From contig CAXWPH010000015.1 of assembly GCA_963666055.2 (NCBI GenBank), forward strand, positions 1,568,001 through 1,632,000: DNA of 64,000 nucleotides, read 5' to 3'. The DNA comes from Acidobacteriota bacterium. Lineage in GTDB: Bacteria > Acidobacteriota > UBA890 > WLXD01. The translations under genes and the position numbers were made by a program. Below are positions 62,138 through 64,000 of the stretch, one piece after another (the first letter of the stretch is position 1; every line of letters begins with the position of its first letter). Under the pieces are notes generated by a model. The model did no database searches. It worked only from the letters and a program-made list of their open reading frames with translations, and was not told the DNA's origin.

Positions 62138-62720
62138 GCTACCCGAGCAGATTGGTGACTATCGCGTCGAGGCGCGGCTGGACAAAGCCGGGCACAGCGG
62201 AGTCTACAAAGCGGTCGGCTCGAGTGGGCAGGTGTTGGCAATCAAGCTGTACCCGACCGGGGAGCCCGATGTCCTGCGCGCTCGACGCCTGGAGATCCTG
62301 ACGGCCACGAGCGAGCTCGATCAAGAGAACGTCGCGCGCGTGCTCGACAGCGGCGAGCACGAGGGCCGCGTGTACGCGGTGATGGAATTCGTTCGGGGGT
62401 CGTCGCTCCGCAAGGTATTGGCACACCGCCGGCTCGATCCGCGCGACGTCATCGAGGTGTTGCGCGGCACCGCCAAAGCACTCGCCTACGCGTATGGCAA
62501 AGGCCTGCCGTGCGACGGCGTCGCCCCCGACCGCATTCTCGTCCACGGTGAAGGGCACGCTGTGGAAGGTCCCGCGCAAACACCTCGATGGTCGGCGATC
62601 GAGCCGGTGGCGCCAGTGGGCATGGATTCGGGCTCTACCGCCCGTTGTTGCTCCGGGTACCGCACCATCACGCGCACGTCGTCCCGGCCTCGCTGGATAC
62701 GCTGGGCCTCCTCGCCGTAG
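62130..62720 (+). pseudogene. Ser/Thr kinase-like (probable pseudokinase) protein, degenerate or truncated after about 62565-62640
   Basis: IGDYRV..L, GVYKA, LAIK, NVARVLDSG, YAVMEFV.G.SL; HRDxKPxN replaced by CDGVAPDR; no DFG/APE. Confidence 0.65.
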
Positions 62721-64000
62721 AACGCTTGTCGCACTTGGCGGCCGAGGTCGGACAGGGTCAGACCGAGGATCTCGGCCTGCGGCTTGATGTCGAGCTTCAA
62801 CTCGCGCTTGCCTTCCAGGAACGTGTCGCTGATCCCGTAAACGCTGTCGTAGCCCTCGAGCCGGCCCTTGAGCATATCCGCAGCCGCGGTAAGCGCGTCG
62901 AGATCGAGGCCGGTGAACCGCACATTGATGTCGTCTCCGACCGAGAACAACGAGGCCGTGACGTTGACCCGCACGGCGTCAGGGATCGTCCCGGTAAGGT
63001 CTCGCCAGCGGTTCGCGACCCACTCGCTCGAGACCGTATCGCGGCTCTCAGCGGGGGTGAGCTCCACGGTCACCTCGGCAAGGTGGGCCGTCGAGCCGCC
63101 AATCTCGACGTCGCCGAACCCTGAGCGCTGGGCTGCCTGCATGGGCTGGGCGCCGATCGCCGCGAACGTATGCACGAAGACGTCGCTGCCGAACTCGTCG
63201 ATGATCTCCTGCCGCAGGCGCTCGGCGCTGTCTTCGATGTGTTGCACGGTCAACGAAGTGACCTCTACCGGCGTGCCCTGCGGCATCGTCAGCGACATGA
63301 TGACGAAGTCGGCTTCGATATCAGGCATGAAGATGAACCGCACGAAGCCTGCGCTGACCAGGCCCAGGGTAACGAGCAATGTCGCTACGCCGACCGCGAC
63401 GGTGAGATAGCGCCAGCGCAAGCCGATTTGCAGGGCCGGTTCGTAGACGCTGTCGATGAACCAGCGCAGTTCTGCGGTGATCTTGCGCTGGAGCCGGAAC
63501 CACACACCGCGCTGGTTAGCTGTGTGGCGCCGTCGATGCGACAGGTGCGCTGGCAGGATGAACAGGGATTCCACCAACGAGAACGCCAGGCACGAGATCA
63601 CAATGAGCGGCGCCGTGGACATGATCTTGCCGATCACGCCGGGCACGCCCAGCCAGAGGCGCGAACGCGGCCATGCTGGTGAGAATGGCGAATATCACTG
63701 GCTTCGATACCTCGCGGGTACCCTCGATCGCGGCGCGCAGCGGATCGTCGTGCCGTTGCTGGTGCGTGTAGATGTTCTCGCCTACCACGATGGCGTCGTC
63801 GACGACCATGCCGAGTACCAGGATGAAGGCGAATAGCGACATCAGGTTTACCGAGACATCCATCGCCGGCATCAACCAGATAGCGCCGAGGAAGCTGACC
63901 GGGATGCCCAAGCTCACCCAGAACGCCAGCCGCAAGCGCAGGAATAGAGCGAGAGATAGGAACACAAGCGCAAACCCCACGCGGCCGTTGCGGAGCAGCA
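62640..64000 (-). pseudogene. RND (AcrB-like) efflux permease, partial, frameshifted near 63653 and truncated near 62640
   Basis: LGMVVDDAIVVGEN, FSLVESLFILP, QVRQAFYG.E.QR.QRG; an extra G converts APL-LGVPG into APLAGR; the C-terminal TM bundle is missing. Confidence 0.8.

Overview
High-GC bacterial window of about 50 CDSs. I saw no rRNA, tRNA, CRISPR array, prophage or transposase. The gene content suggests an Acidobacteriota-type genome (inference): two PadR + orphan ABC-permease (ADOP-type) pairs, an ECF sigma factor + Ser/Thr kinase-TPR pair, BlaI + M56-TonB, and many exported hydrolases. Metabolic genes include GTP-type PEP carboxykinase, mog, lactate permease, a six-gene ABC/FAD-oxidoreductase/CoA-transferase/crotonase operon, a molybdopterin oxidoreductase complex and two GMC oxidoreductase/small-subunit pairs. 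Four observations stand out. (1) A dispersed CTAG-flanked MITE-like family carries a secondary-structure motif whose stems differ between copies but still pair, and its copies repeatedly sit on TAG stop codons. (2) A Psr/Arr-like Mo enzyme has no Tat signal, and its fused FeS-NrfD anchor appears inverted (cytoplasm-facing). (3) An MscS channel is fused to an FHA domain and overlaps a kinase-like gene with a degenerate catalytic loop. (4) A kinase frameshift lies exactly on a perfect 15-bp inverted repeat, and a probable breakpoint lies near 62.6 kb. All family calls come from motif recognition by eye; no database searches were run.
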